A DNA stretch of 64,000 nt from Planctomycetota bacterium. Lineage in GTDB: Bacteria; Planctomycetota; PLA2. Below the pieces are notes generated by a model, which saw nothing but the letters and a program-made list of their open reading frames with translations, did no database searches and was not told where the DNA came from. Both the position numbers and the translations under genes were made by a program. Positions 1-8,512 of this stretch are shown here, piece after piece. Location of the stretch: assembly GCA_027297745.1 (NCBI GenBank), contig JAPUHK010000024.1, forward strand, positions 994 through 64,993. The letters are read 5' to 3'. The first letter of the stretch is position 1. Each line of letters opens with the position of its first letter.

Positions 1-1004
1 CGCCGCCAGCAGCAGGTCCGTCGACTCGACGCCGATGCGGGAGGCGACGGAGCCCAGCTCGACCCAGGTGACGACCAACGCCTCGCCCCGCCCGAGATCC
101 AAATGCCGGCGCTCCAGGGCGTCGGGCTCGCGCACGCGGATGCCGAGGCCGGCGATGCGCACCTCCTGTAGCTCGTCGCCGTACAGCGCGTCTCCGAAGG
201 AGAACGAGCTTCGATCTTCGTCTTGCGGCGCCGCAACCGCGACGATCTCATCGGTAGGCCAGGGCTCGCGCGCAACCCGGTCGCGTTCACGCAACACGGC
301 CGCCACGTCGATGTCGAGCGGACGGCCGCGCCGCACGACGCGCAGTACGACGTCGTCGTCCCGCAACTCGTCCTCGAGACCGTTCAGCCTGTCGATCGTG
401 TCCCTCAGCGGTCCGGCGGGCTGCAGCAGGAGGTCGCCGGGCTCGAGGCCGATCCTGCGCGCCAGTGTGGATCCCGCGTCCAATTCCGTGACGAGCAGCG
501 CGGTCTGCTTCAGCCGCAGTTGCTTGATCAGCACGGGACTCACCTCACGCGTGACGATCCCGAGCCCTTCGATCTCCCAGGACCCTGGGTGGCGCCTCTC
601 CTTTTGCGCCAGCTTGTTGCGCCTGTTCTCGGCCCAACGCAGGATGCCGAACCGCCGCCGCGCGTCCATGGACCGGTAGCGTTCCGGAGGCTCGGACACG
701 GCCTGTGCGCCGTCCGCCAGCAGCACGTGGCGTTGTGCGGCGGCCACGAGCCTGTACACGCGCCGGCGCACCTCGACGTCCTCGTGGCCGGCCGCGTGTT
801 TCAGGCGCGGCAGCGCGCTCTTGCCGAGGCGCTGGAGCGCCTGCTCGGCTGCGCTGCGTTGCGCGGGTTCCGCATGTCCCAGGCGCTCGATGAGGGCGTC
901 GATGCGCGCCCCTCCGGACTCCTGGGCGCTTGCGACGGTAGCCGCCGGCAGCAGCAGCAGCGCGGCCACGAGCGGCCGCAGGAAGGTCTGGCTGCAGGGG
1001 CGCA
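1..1004 (-). CDS. Secreted PDZ/HEAT-repeat protein, paralog C. It runs off the window edge, so the 3' end is missing.
   Basis: Manual reverse-strand translation from the ATG at 1004 gives MRPCSQTFLRPLVAALLLLPAATVASAQ (signal peptide). A HEAT-like HxxxxVRRRV motif follows. The frame stays open to position 1. It is absent from the ORF track because no stop codon lies inside the window. It parallels the genes at 1048-2109 and 2162-3109. Confidence 0.6.
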
Positions 1005-1047
1005 TCCGTCGCTTTCACGCGGACGCGGATCGCGCCCGCAACGCCCC

Positions 1048-2109
1048 CTAGTTTCCCTGCTTTTGCCGGTCCCGCAAGACCGCACCCACATCGATGCGCA
1101 CGGGCGCCCCGTCGCGCTGCAGGACGAGCATCACGTCCTCCGTCTCGGCCAGCAGCAGCAGTTCGTCGAGGTCGGCCGCGTTTCGGAGGGGCTTGCCGTT
1201 CAAGCGGCGCAGCAGGTCCCCCTTGCGCAGGCCGATGCGCTCGCCGAACGACCCCGGCTCGAGCTTGTCGACGACCCACCCGTGTCCGCCGAGGATGCCG
1301 ACGGGCGTCGACGGGCTGCGCAGCCAGACGCCCACGGCGGGCGCCCGCACGGTGGCGGCCGGGTCGTTCGCACCGACGAGGACCCACTTGATCGCGGCCT
1401 TGCCGCCCGCTTGCCGCATCACGATGCGGAATTGCTGCGGTGCGGGTTGCGCCGGGAACTTCACATCCTTCAGGAACGGGTACTGCGTCTTGAGCTGCGC
1501 TTCGGTGCCTCGCGCCTTCAGGCGACGGTTCGCTTGCGGGCCGGCGCCGGCGGGCGTGCGCGTGCCTGTGAGCGCGAACTGACCCCCGCCCACGCTGCGC
1601 AGCGCGTACTTCGTACGGGCGCCGTTCTCGTCTTTGTGCACGCCGCGCACGTTCCCCGCCAGAACCCCAAGCGCAAGCGCAGCTGCACCCCGCACGCCTA
1701 CCTGCTGGACGATTTCCAGGCGGACGCGCGCCTGATTGATCTTGTTCGGCACGCCCTGCACGATCTGCGGCCGGATGACGAGGACCATGCCGTTCCCGCC
1801 CACCTGCAGGACGGTGTCGGGGTCCCGTTGCGGCTGCGGCCGGGGGTAAGGAGGCTCACCGTCGATGAGCGTGATCAGGCGTTGCACGCGGCGGCGCACT
1901 TCGGCGTCCCTGTGGTGCAGCGCTTTGCGCAGGGCGGGCAGCGCTTCCTCGCCGCGCGCCAGCAGCCGGTCCTCGGCCGCGCCGCGTTCGGCGGGATCGG
2001 GGTGGCCCAGGGCCGCGATCAGATCTTCGGGGGGGGCGTCCTTGCCTGCCGCGTCCGCGACGCCGGTTGCGAGCAGAAGCGCCGGCGCCAACGCGAACAG
2101 GAAACGCAT
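1048..2109 (-). CDS. Secreted PDZ-domain protein with an N-terminal HEAT-like repeat, paralog B.
   Basis: MRFLFALAPALLLATGVADA is a signal peptide. A HEAT-like segment (HHRDAEVRRRVQRL) follows. The C-terminal PDZ-like region reads GILGGHGWVVDKLEPGSFGERIGLRKGDLLRRLNGKPL. The ATG at 2109 is an internal Met of the track ORF. Confidence 0.65.
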   Translation of the reverse strand: MRFLFALAPALLLATGVADAAGKDAPPEDLIAALGHPDPAERGAAEDRLLARGEEALPALRKALHHRDAEVRRRVQRLITLIDGEPPYPRPQPQRDPDTVLQVGGNGMVLVIRPQIVQGVPNKINQARVRLEIVQQVGVRGAAALALGVLAGNVRGVHKDENGARTKYALRSVGGGQFALTGTRTPAGAGPQANRRLKARGTEAQLKTQYPFLKDVKFPAQPAPQQFRIVMRQAGGKAAIKWVLVGANDPAATVRAPAVGVWLRSPSTPVGILGGHGWVVDKLEPGSFGERIGLRKGDLLRRLNGKPLRNAADLDELLLLAETEDVMLVLQRDGAPVRIDVGAVLRDRQKQGN

Positions 2110-2161
2110 GCCATCTACCTCCCGGCCTGCCGAGAGGCCTGGGCCGAAGGCTCTAGTTTCC

Positions 2162-3109
2162 CTAGTCTTGCGACTTCCGCAAGGCTGCGGCCACATCGAT
2201 CTTGCGAGGCCTTGCGCGGCGTACGATTTCGAGCTCGAGGCCCTTGCGCATGATGCGCTCGTCGTTGAGGTCGAGCGCCCTGGAGTCGTCCAGCGTCTCG
2301 CCGTTGAGCCTGACGATCACGTCGTGGCGGCGCAGGCCCGCGCGCGCGGCCGGAGAGCCGCGCAGGACCTCCGTGACGATGTAGCCGGCGCCTTCCGGGA
2401 GCTCCAGGTGGTAGGCCAGCTCCCGGGAGGGCCGTTGCAGCCGCACGCCGAAGTGTCCCAGCGCGAGCCCCCTCGGCAGTCGGCCCGTGATGCGGATCAG
2501 CCCCTCGCCCTCGAAGCGCTTACCCCCATCCGCCACGCGGGCGGGCCGTTCCAGGCCGATGCCCAGAAAGCTGAAGCGCTTCAGGAACGGGTGCTTTTTC
2601 TGCAGCGCTGCCAGCGTGCCCGAGTCGGTGATGCGGCGCGTCTTACCGTCACGGCCGGCCACGCCGGCGTCGAGCTTGTAGACGCCGCCGCCGTCGCTGA
2701 TCAGGCGGTAGTCGATGCGCTCGCCGGACTCGGGGTCGCGGAAGCTGCCTTCCATGGTCTCCGCCGTGACGCCCGGCTTGTTCCCGATCACGATGCGCAC
2801 GCCACCGCTGAAGACGTGCGTGCCTACGGGGCGGAAGCCGCGCAGGATGCGTTCGATCTGGGTGCGCTCCTCCGGGCTCGCCTCGCGCAACGCCGCGCGC
2901 AGCGGTTTCAGCGCAGGGCGGCCGATGGCGGCCAGCCTGCGTTCGGCTTCCGTGCGCTTGAGCGCATCGCGGTGCCGAAGCTGCTCGATCAGCGTGCGGA
3001 TCTCCTCGGTCTTTGCAGCCGCGGGGTCCGGCGCGGGTTGCGGTTCGTCCTGGGCCAGCGCGGCGTGCGCGGTCCAGAGGATCAGGAGCAGAAGAATGGG
3101 ATAGCGCAT
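2162..3109 (-). CDS. Secreted PDZ-domain protein with an N-terminal HEAT-like repeat, paralog A.
   Basis: Signal peptide MRYPILLLLILWTAHAALA. HEAT-like segment LRHRDALKRTEAERRLAAIG. C-terminal PDZ GAGYIVTEVLRGSPAARAGLRRHDVIVRLNGETL. Its ATG lies 1 nt downstream of the anti-sigma stop codon. Confidence 0.7.
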   Translation of the reverse strand: MRYPILLLLILWTAHAALAQDEPQPAPDPAAAKTEEIRTLIEQLRHRDALKRTEAERRLAAIGRPALKPLRAALREASPEERTQIERILRGFRPVGTHVFSGGVRIVIGNKPGVTAETMEGSFRDPESGERIDYRLISDGGGVYKLDAGVAGRDGKTRRITDSGTLAALQKKHPFLKRFSFLGIGLERPARVADGGKRFEGEGLIRITGRLPRGLALGHFGVRLQRPSRELAYHLELPEGAGYIVTEVLRGSPAARAGLRRHDVIVRLNGETLDDSRALDLNDERIMRKGLELEIVRRARPRKIDVAAALRKSQD

Positions 3110-3110
3110 G

Positions 3111-3911
3111 TCAATCGTTCCTGATGAAGGTGATGCCCTCGTGCTTTTTCCGGAGCTCTTCCAACGTACCCTCGTCCTCCCGGATCACGGGAGGGCCTCC
3201 CTCCAGGTTGACGAGCACGAGCTTGAAGCGGCCGTTGCCGAGCCTGAACGTGCTGGCGTAAAAGCGGGTGCCCGCGGGAAGCGCGCGCGGGAAGCTGCCG
3301 TCCTCCAGGTTTCCGCGCGCGATCGAGGAAACCACCACGCTCAGAAAGCCCGGGTCGCGTACGTTCTCAAAGGCCAACTCGAGCTGCGCGATTGTGTCGC
3401 GCACCCGGTTCAGCTGCCGGCGCTCGGAGTCCGTCAGGCGAAGGTGCTGCAGGTCGTCGAGGCGCCGTGCGAGGTCGGTCCGGTGGATGCCCGAACGCAG
3501 ATCGATCAGCTGCCCGTTGAGCTTCTCATACGGTATGGCCGGCCCGAGCTCCGCCGCCCGGCGCAAGAGCGCCTCCGTCTCTGCGAGAGTGATGGCGACT
3601 TCCGTCGGCGGAGTGTCGCCGCGTCCGAACCAGAACGCGGCAGCGTGGGTCAGCAGCAGGATCGCCGCCGCAGCCGCCAGGCCACGTACCGACCAACCGC
3701 GCAGGTTCACCGGCGGGCGTGCGCGCACCTGATCCGCCGTAAACGCCGCCTGCGTCGTCGGGAGCGCTGCGCTGAGCCGCTGCAATGCTTGCAGCTGCTC
3801 CAGCCGCTGCTGCAGCGAGGGTTCCTTGCGCAGGCGTTCCTCGAGCCGCGCGCGATCGGCGCCGGCCAGGCGTCCGTCCAGATGCAGGGAGAGCAACAGA
3901 TGATCGTTCAC
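3111..3911 (-). CDS. Anti-sigma factor with a single transmembrane helix, partner of the upstream ECF sigma factor.
   Basis: A GTG start (VNDHLLLSLHLDGRLAGADRARLEERL) overlaps the sigma stop codon as GTGA. The N-terminal LSxxLDGxL motif is typical of anti-sigma factors. There is one TM helix (GLAAAAAILLLTHAAAFWF) followed by a periplasmic domain. Confidence 0.7.
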   Translation of the reverse strand: MNDHLLLSLHLDGRLAGADRARLEERLRKEPSLQQRLEQLQALQRLSAALPTTQAAFTADQVRARPPVNLRGWSVRGLAAAAAILLLTHAAAFWFGRGDTPPTEVAITLAETEALLRRAAELGPAIPYEKLNGQLIDLRSGIHRTDLARRLDDLQHLRLTDSERRQLNRVRDTIAQLELAFENVRDPGFLSVVVSSIARGNLEDGSFPRALPAGTRFYASTFRLGNGRFKLVLVNLEGGPPVIREDEGTLEELRKKHEGITFIRND

Positions 3912-4513
3912 AGCCACTTCCTCATGCGTTCGAGCACCTTGCGCCGCGCGCGGGCCAGCCGCGTGCTCACGGTCTTCGAGCCGCAGCCGCAAACCACCGA
4001 GGCCTGCTCGTAGCTCAGGCCCTGCACGGCGCACAGCACGTAGACCTCGCGGAACTTGCGCGGCAGCGCGGCCACGGTGGCGCGCAGCGCCTCCTGCGCT
4101 TCCGACAGCACGGCCTGCTCGGCCGGACTCGGCAGCGGCGCGGGGCCGAACTGGTGCTGTTGCGCAGCGCGCTTCTGGTACTTGTCGCGCGCCGCGCGGC
4201 GCCGATAGCCGTCGAGGCACAGGTTGCGCGTGACGGCCCGGATCCAGGCGCGGAAGGGCCGCGTGGGATCGTAGGCCTCAGGCTTACGCAGCAGGCGGAA
4301 GAAGACTTCCTGCCCGATGTCCTCGGCCTGGTCGCGGTCACCCGTCATGAGCCGGGCGAGATCTACGACGCGGTCCCGCCAGCGTTCCACGAGCTCGTCG
4401 AAGGCGGAGCCGTCCCCCTGTGCCACGCGGGCGGCCAGGAACTCGTCCGGGACCGCCGGGGTGGCGTCCGACTCGCGCGCAGCCTGCATCCAGGGACTTA
4501 CGCGCCCCGGCAC
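3908..4513 (-). CDS. ECF (sigma-24 family) RNA polymerase sigma factor.
   Basis: Region-2-like FDELVERWRDRVVDLARLMTGDRDQAEDIGQEVFFRLL. Region-4 helix-turn-helix LSYEQASVVCGCGSKTVSTRLARARRKV. About 200 aa. Confidence 0.85.
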   Translation of the reverse strand: MPGRVSPWMQAARESDATPAVPDEFLAARVAQGDGSAFDELVERWRDRVVDLARLMTGDRDQAEDIGQEVFFRLLRKPEAYDPTRPFRAWIRAVTRNLCLDGYRRRAARDKYQKRAAQQHQFGPAPLPSPAEQAVLSEAQEALRATVAALPRKFREVYVLCAVQGLSYEQASVVCGCGSKTVSTRLARARRKVLERMRKWL

Positions 4514-4526
4514 GGTACTGCTCCCG

Positions 4527-5369
4527 TTACTTTTGGGCCGCCTCGAGGCGCTCCAGGAGCTGCTCGAAGCGCTTCTCGAGCCGGTCCAGGCGCTTCGTCA
4601 ACTCGCGCTCGCGCTCGGTCACCACGGCCGCCGGCTCGAGGAGGACCACCTCCCACCTGCTTGGCTTCAGCTCCCGGAACTTCCAGTGCTGCGGGCGCGA
4701 CGGTTCGCGGTCGCCCGCCTTGCGCATCTCCTTCAGCAACTCCAGGCGGTGTTCGCTGCGCAGCACGGCGGGCTCGTCGCCGGCCTTGCGCGCCTCGACC
4801 AGCGCCGCTTCTTCGCGCGCGATCCAACGCTGCAAGGGCTGGCCCCCAAAGCCGCTGTGCAGCCTGAGGCGCATGCGCGTCACCTGCTCCTGGGCCTTCT
4901 CGAGCCGGCGGCCGATGTCGTCGTAGTCGCGCCGGGGGCGCACGGGTCGCGGCGGAGCGCCCGGCTCCACCTCGACCAGCTCCATATCGACGCGCTCCTC
5001 ACGCCGCCCGCCGAGCTTGATCTCGTCCGAGATCTCCCGGGAGCCGCGGATCAGCTTGTAGCGCACGACGTCGCCCTCGTGGAAGCGGCGCACCGCCTCC
5101 ACCAGCCCCTCCGGACCCTCGATGCGGGTGCCGCCGAACTCCACCAGCACGTCGCCGGTCTTGAAGCCGGCGGCGGCTGCGGCCGATCCCTCGACCACCT
5201 CCTGGATCACTGCGCCGGACTTGACCTTCTCAGGCAGTCCGTACAGTTGCCGCAGCTCGTCGCTGGCAGGCGCGACGCTCACGCCCAAGAAGCCGGTCCG
5301 CTGCTCCTTGGCCGCCGCGGGGGCGATGGCCAGGGCCAGGATGAATAGGGGCAGGGCTCTTCCGATCAT
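4527..5369 (-). CDS. Secreted PDZ-domain protein with a C-terminal coiled coil; first gene of the sigma/anti-sigma operon.
   Basis: Signal peptide MIGRALPLFILALAIAPAAA. PDZ GAVIQEVVEGSAAAAAGFKTGDVLVEFGG. A GGAGAG ribosome-binding site precedes the ATG. It ends 14 nt upstream of the sigma start codon. Confidence 0.7.
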   Translation of the reverse strand: MIGRALPLFILALAIAPAAAKEQRTGFLGVSVAPASDELRQLYGLPEKVKSGAVIQEVVEGSAAAAAGFKTGDVLVEFGGTRIEGPEGLVEAVRRFHEGDVVRYKLIRGSREISDEIKLGGRREERVDMELVEVEPGAPPRPVRPRRDYDDIGRRLEKAQEQVTRMRLRLHSGFGGQPLQRWIAREEAALVEARKAGDEPAVLRSEHRLELLKEMRKAGDREPSRPQHWKFRELKPSRWEVVLLEPAAVVTERERELTKRLDRLEKRFEQLLERLEAAQK

Positions 5370-5529
5370 GACGCTCTCCTTCTGACCTCTCTACGACGGA
5401 AGGCCGGGGCGGAGCTAGTGATTCCCGGGGGGCAATCGCCCGCGCCCGGCGCCTCACAACGAGAGGGCCGGCCGCGGGTAAGCCATAGGGAGGTTGGAAG
5501 CGGGTTGTTAGACTCCTAGCCCCGTGAGC

Positions 5530-7149
5530 ATGACGATCCACGTTCGCAGCCCCGATCAGGACGACCGGCGCCTCGAGTTCCACAAGGCGAAGATCACGGT
5601 CGGGAGCAGCCCCATGTGCGACATCACCATCGCCGGGGACGCCGTGGCCGACGAGCAGGCGGTCCTGGTTCAGCGCGGCGACCACTTCGAGATCTTCGAT
5701 ATCGGGCGCGACGGGGCGGTGCTGGTGGGGGGCCGCCCGTGCCGGCACGGCGACGTCCTGGCGGGGCAGGAGATCTGGATCGGCGACGCGGTCTTGATGC
5801 CGCAGGCGCCCACGAAGGGAGTAGCGTTCGTGGACCGGGGAGAGGGACGCGTGACGGCCACCGTCTCGTCGACCCTCTCGAGCGTCGGCGGGACGTCCGG
5901 CGCGCCCGCCGAGCCGCGCCTGCGCCCGCTGCTCAACGAGGTCGTACGCCTGATCCACTCCATCGGCCGCAGCGAGAACATCTTCGAATCGATCCTCGAC
6001 TCCGTGTTCAGCAGCGCGCCGGTGCTGCGCGCCTTCCTCGCGCTGCGCGATCCCGAAGGCGAGCTGGTGGTCAAGGCGCACCGCAACCGGGAGCACGACG
6101 CGGACGACCAGCCGATCCAGGTCAGCCAGACGCTGGTGGGCAAGGTGCTCGACAGTGGAGAGGCGCTGCTCACCTCGGACGCGGAGGGGGACCCCAACCT
6201 GAACCTGGCGCAGTCGATCCAGAGCCTGCGCATCAAGGCCGCCATCTGCGTACCGCTGGTGGTCGACGGCAAGGTGATCGGGCTTCTGTACGGCGACAAC
6301 CGCGAGCAGCCGGGGATCCTCAACCGCGAGAACCTCGCTTTCCTGAGCGCCCTGGCCGGAGTGGCGGCCGTCGCCGTCGAGAAGTTCCGCTTGCTCGAGG
6401 AATACGACCAAAAGCTGCAGATCGAGCAGGCGCTGGCCATCGCGCGCTCCATTCACCGCAACTTCCTGCCCGCGGGACCGCCGCAGATAGAGGGCTTCGA
6501 CGTCTACGGCGACAGCGAGTCGTGCGACGCGACGGGCGGCGACTATTACGACTTCTTCCCGCTGAGCGAGGACCGCCTGGGCGTCGTGATCGCGGACGTG
6601 GCCGGGCACGGGATCGGCCCCGCCCTGCTGATGGCCAGCGTGCGCGCCACGCTGCGGGCGCTGCTGGTGGACGGGGCGTCGCTGAACGACCTCATGTTCC
6701 GCCTGAACGAGCTGATCAGCGCCGACGTCCGGGACGGCCGCTTCATCACGCTGTTCTTCGGCCTCTTCGACCGCAAGGAGGGGCGGCTGCAGCACATCGG
6801 CGCGGGCCACACGCCCACGATCTGGGTTCGCGGCGGCGGCGGCGCGCCGCGGCAGATCCGCAGCGGGGGCCCCCCGCTGGGCGTTATGAGCGGCGTGCGC
6901 TACGAGGTGGGCGAGGAGATCGCCTTCGAGCCCGGCGACGTCTTCCTGTTCTCCACGGACGGCATCCACGAGGCCATCGATCCGGCCGGCAAGCATTTCG
7001 GCCTGGAGCGGCTGGAGCAGAACCTCAAGGATCACGCGTCAGAGAGCGCTCAGGAGATGGTGGCCGCGGTCCACACGGAGCTGAACGTCCACGTAGACGG
7101 CGAGCCCCTGCGCGACGACACGACATTGGTGGTCGTGAAGATCGTCTGA
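5530..7149 (+). CDS. FHA-GAF-PP2C protein: a serine/threonine phosphatase of the SpoIIE/RsbU type.
   Basis: N-terminal FHA domain (RLEFHKAKITVGSSPMCDITIAGDAVADEQAVLVQRGDHFEIFD). Central GAF-like region. C-terminal PP2C motifs GGDYYDF, VIADVAGHG and DGRFITLFFGLFD. A GTG alternative start lies at 5524. Confidence 0.8.
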   Translation: MTIHVRSPDQDDRRLEFHKAKITVGSSPMCDITIAGDAVADEQAVLVQRGDHFEIFDIGRDGAVLVGGRPCRHGDVLAGQEIWIGDAVLMPQAPTKGVAFVDRGEGRVTATVSSTLSSVGGTSGAPAEPRLRPLLNEVVRLIHSIGRSENIFESILDSVFSSAPVLRAFLALRDPEGELVVKAHRNREHDADDQPIQVSQTLVGKVLDSGEALLTSDAEGDPNLNLAQSIQSLRIKAAICVPLVVDGKVIGLLYGDNREQPGILNRENLAFLSALAGVAAVAVEKFRLLEEYDQKLQIEQALAIARSIHRNFLPAGPPQIEGFDVYGDSESCDATGGDYYDFFPLSEDRLGVVIADVAGHGIGPALLMASVRATLRALLVDGASLNDLMFRLNELISADVRDGRFITLFFGLFDRKEGRLQHIGAGHTPTIWVRGGGGAPRQIRSGGPPLGVMSGVRYEVGEEIAFEPGDVFLFSTDGIHEAIDPAGKHFGLERLEQNLKDHASESAQEMVAAVHTELNVHVDGEPLRDDTTLVVVKIV

Positions 7150-7329
7150 CCGCGTCGCAGGCTCGCGACGGGAGTGGGAGCGGGATCGGGAGAGGAAGCG
7201 AGCGATGGTTCGGGCAGACGTGCGGCCCTGCCGGCGCCCGACGAGGCGTGGAGACGAACGGGCCCGGCTGGGTCTACGCTCCCGTTCCCCCTCCTGCTCC
7301 CGGGCCAAGCCCTCTTCAGAGGCGCGGCC

Positions 7330-7560
7330 CTACTTCTTCGCCTTGGTCTTGGGAGCCTGCTTGGTGGGGGCCGGCTCCTGCTTTTCGGGGCACTCGCACC
7401 AGCCCACGAGGTACCCGCAGTCCAGGCAGAGATCGAAGAGCTCGTGGTCGCAGACGACGCAGCGATAGACGGAGCCCGGGTCCTCATACGCGGTGGCGCC
7501 GCAGTCCTCGCACCGCATCTTCGGGCGGGCAGTCAAACGACGGTAATTGATTTCGTCCAT
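7330..7560 (-). CDS. Small cysteine-rich, zinc-ribbon-like protein.
   Basis: Four metal-ligand pairs (CEDC, CVVC, CLDC, CEC) within 76 aa, followed by a Lys-rich tail. There is no clear SD sequence. The first codons are AT-rich for this genome, so an internal start at MRCEDC is possible. Confidence 0.4.
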   Translation of the reverse strand: MDEINYRRLTARPKMRCEDCGATAYEDPGSVYRCVVCDHELFDLCLDCGYLVGWCECPEKQEPAPTKQAPKTKAKK

Positions 7561-7621
7561 AGGAGTTAGGGCGACGCGGCCCAGCCGCGGCGAAACATTC
7601 TATTCTACCGCCTGGGGGCGT

Positions 7622-8479
7622 TCAGTGCGAGGCCTTCCGGGTCGCCGCGGCGGCCCGGTCGACCAACCTCGCGTCCTTTTCCAGCCCCTGGCCGCGCAGG
7701 TAGCGGGCCCATGCCCCGTAGCGCTCGTGTGTGTCCAACTGCAGGGCCCACAAGAGCTTGGAGCGACAAACCGGGCACAGCAACAGGGGCCGCCGATGCT
7801 CCTCGTCACGGGTCGCCACCCCGTTCATGAGGCAGCGGTAGAAGGTGCAATGTTTCATCGCCAGAACGTGCCCGGCTTCATGGACCGCCATGGCCAAGAG
7901 CCGGCGGCGGGAGCCCGCGGGATCTGCGCTCTGCCAGACCCGGGCCGTGCTGACGATGGCCACCCCCAAGCGCTCCGACCCCCAGCCTTGGACGTAGTTC
8001 AGTCCCTTGGAGTAGAGGTCCCGGTCAGTCACGGCCACCGTGATCAGGGCGTCCTTGGGTCGGCGGGCGGCCACCGCGCGGGCCAGGCCGGTGATGTGCA
8101 CCTGGCGGCGCCGGCGGTTGTACGCGCGCAGCGGGATCGCCCGTGGCTCGAGCAGCTTGGCGGGCCGGCCGTAGAAGGCCGCCAGGCTCGCGCGCACTCG
8201 TTCAGGTAAGCCGGGATCTGTGGCCGGGCGGGTCAGCATGGGCACGACATAGAGCGTCGTGCGGGCGGCGGGCGGCCGGGCCGCGGACGCCTTGTATTCG
8301 GCAAAGGTCTGGCCCTCCTCGCGGTACTGGTCGAGCCACTCGCCGTCCTTCGGCTGGCCGAGGTGCTTCCAGACGCCCGGCGGCACAGGCACGTCCGCGC
8401 GCTTCCCGCCGTACGGGACGAGGAGCAGGAGGCACACTGCGACCGCCTTCATGAGCTGCCCGCGCGCGCGGGCGCTCAT
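7622..8479 (-). CDS. Secreted archaemetzincin-like zinc metallopeptidase (M54 family).
   Basis: HEAGHVLAMKHC followed by CTFYRCLMNG and CPVCRSKL matches the archaemetzincin signature HExxHxxGxxHC plus a Cys4 site. Signal peptide MSARARGQLMKAVAVCLLLLVPYGG. An alternative ATG lies at 8452. The remainder of the 956-aa track ORF is antisense noise. Confidence 0.75.
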   Translation of the reverse strand: MSARARGQLMKAVAVCLLLLVPYGGKRADVPVPPGVWKHLGQPKDGEWLDQYREEGQTFAEYKASAARPPAARTTLYVVPMLTRPATDPGLPERVRASLAAFYGRPAKLLEPRAIPLRAYNRRRRQVHITGLARAVAARRPKDALITVAVTDRDLYSKGLNYVQGWGSERLGVAIVSTARVWQSADPAGSRRRLLAMAVHEAGHVLAMKHCTFYRCLMNGVATRDEEHRRPLLLCPVCRSKLLWALQLDTHERYGAWARYLRGQGLEKDARLVDRAAAATRKASH

Positions 8480-8512
8480 GGTACCCGGCGTACCCGTCCG
8501 GGGGCCCTCCGT

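Noticed and set aside
223-2253. 676-aa plus-strand ORF, and other long Arg/Ala/Gly/Pro-rich ORFs such as 545-1387, 1865-3124, 3785-4867 and 5616-7550
   Set aside because: They are antisense or alternate frames of clearly homologous genes (PDZ paralogs, sigma/anti-sigma, PP2C). Their composition is typical of spurious ORFs in 70% GC DNA.
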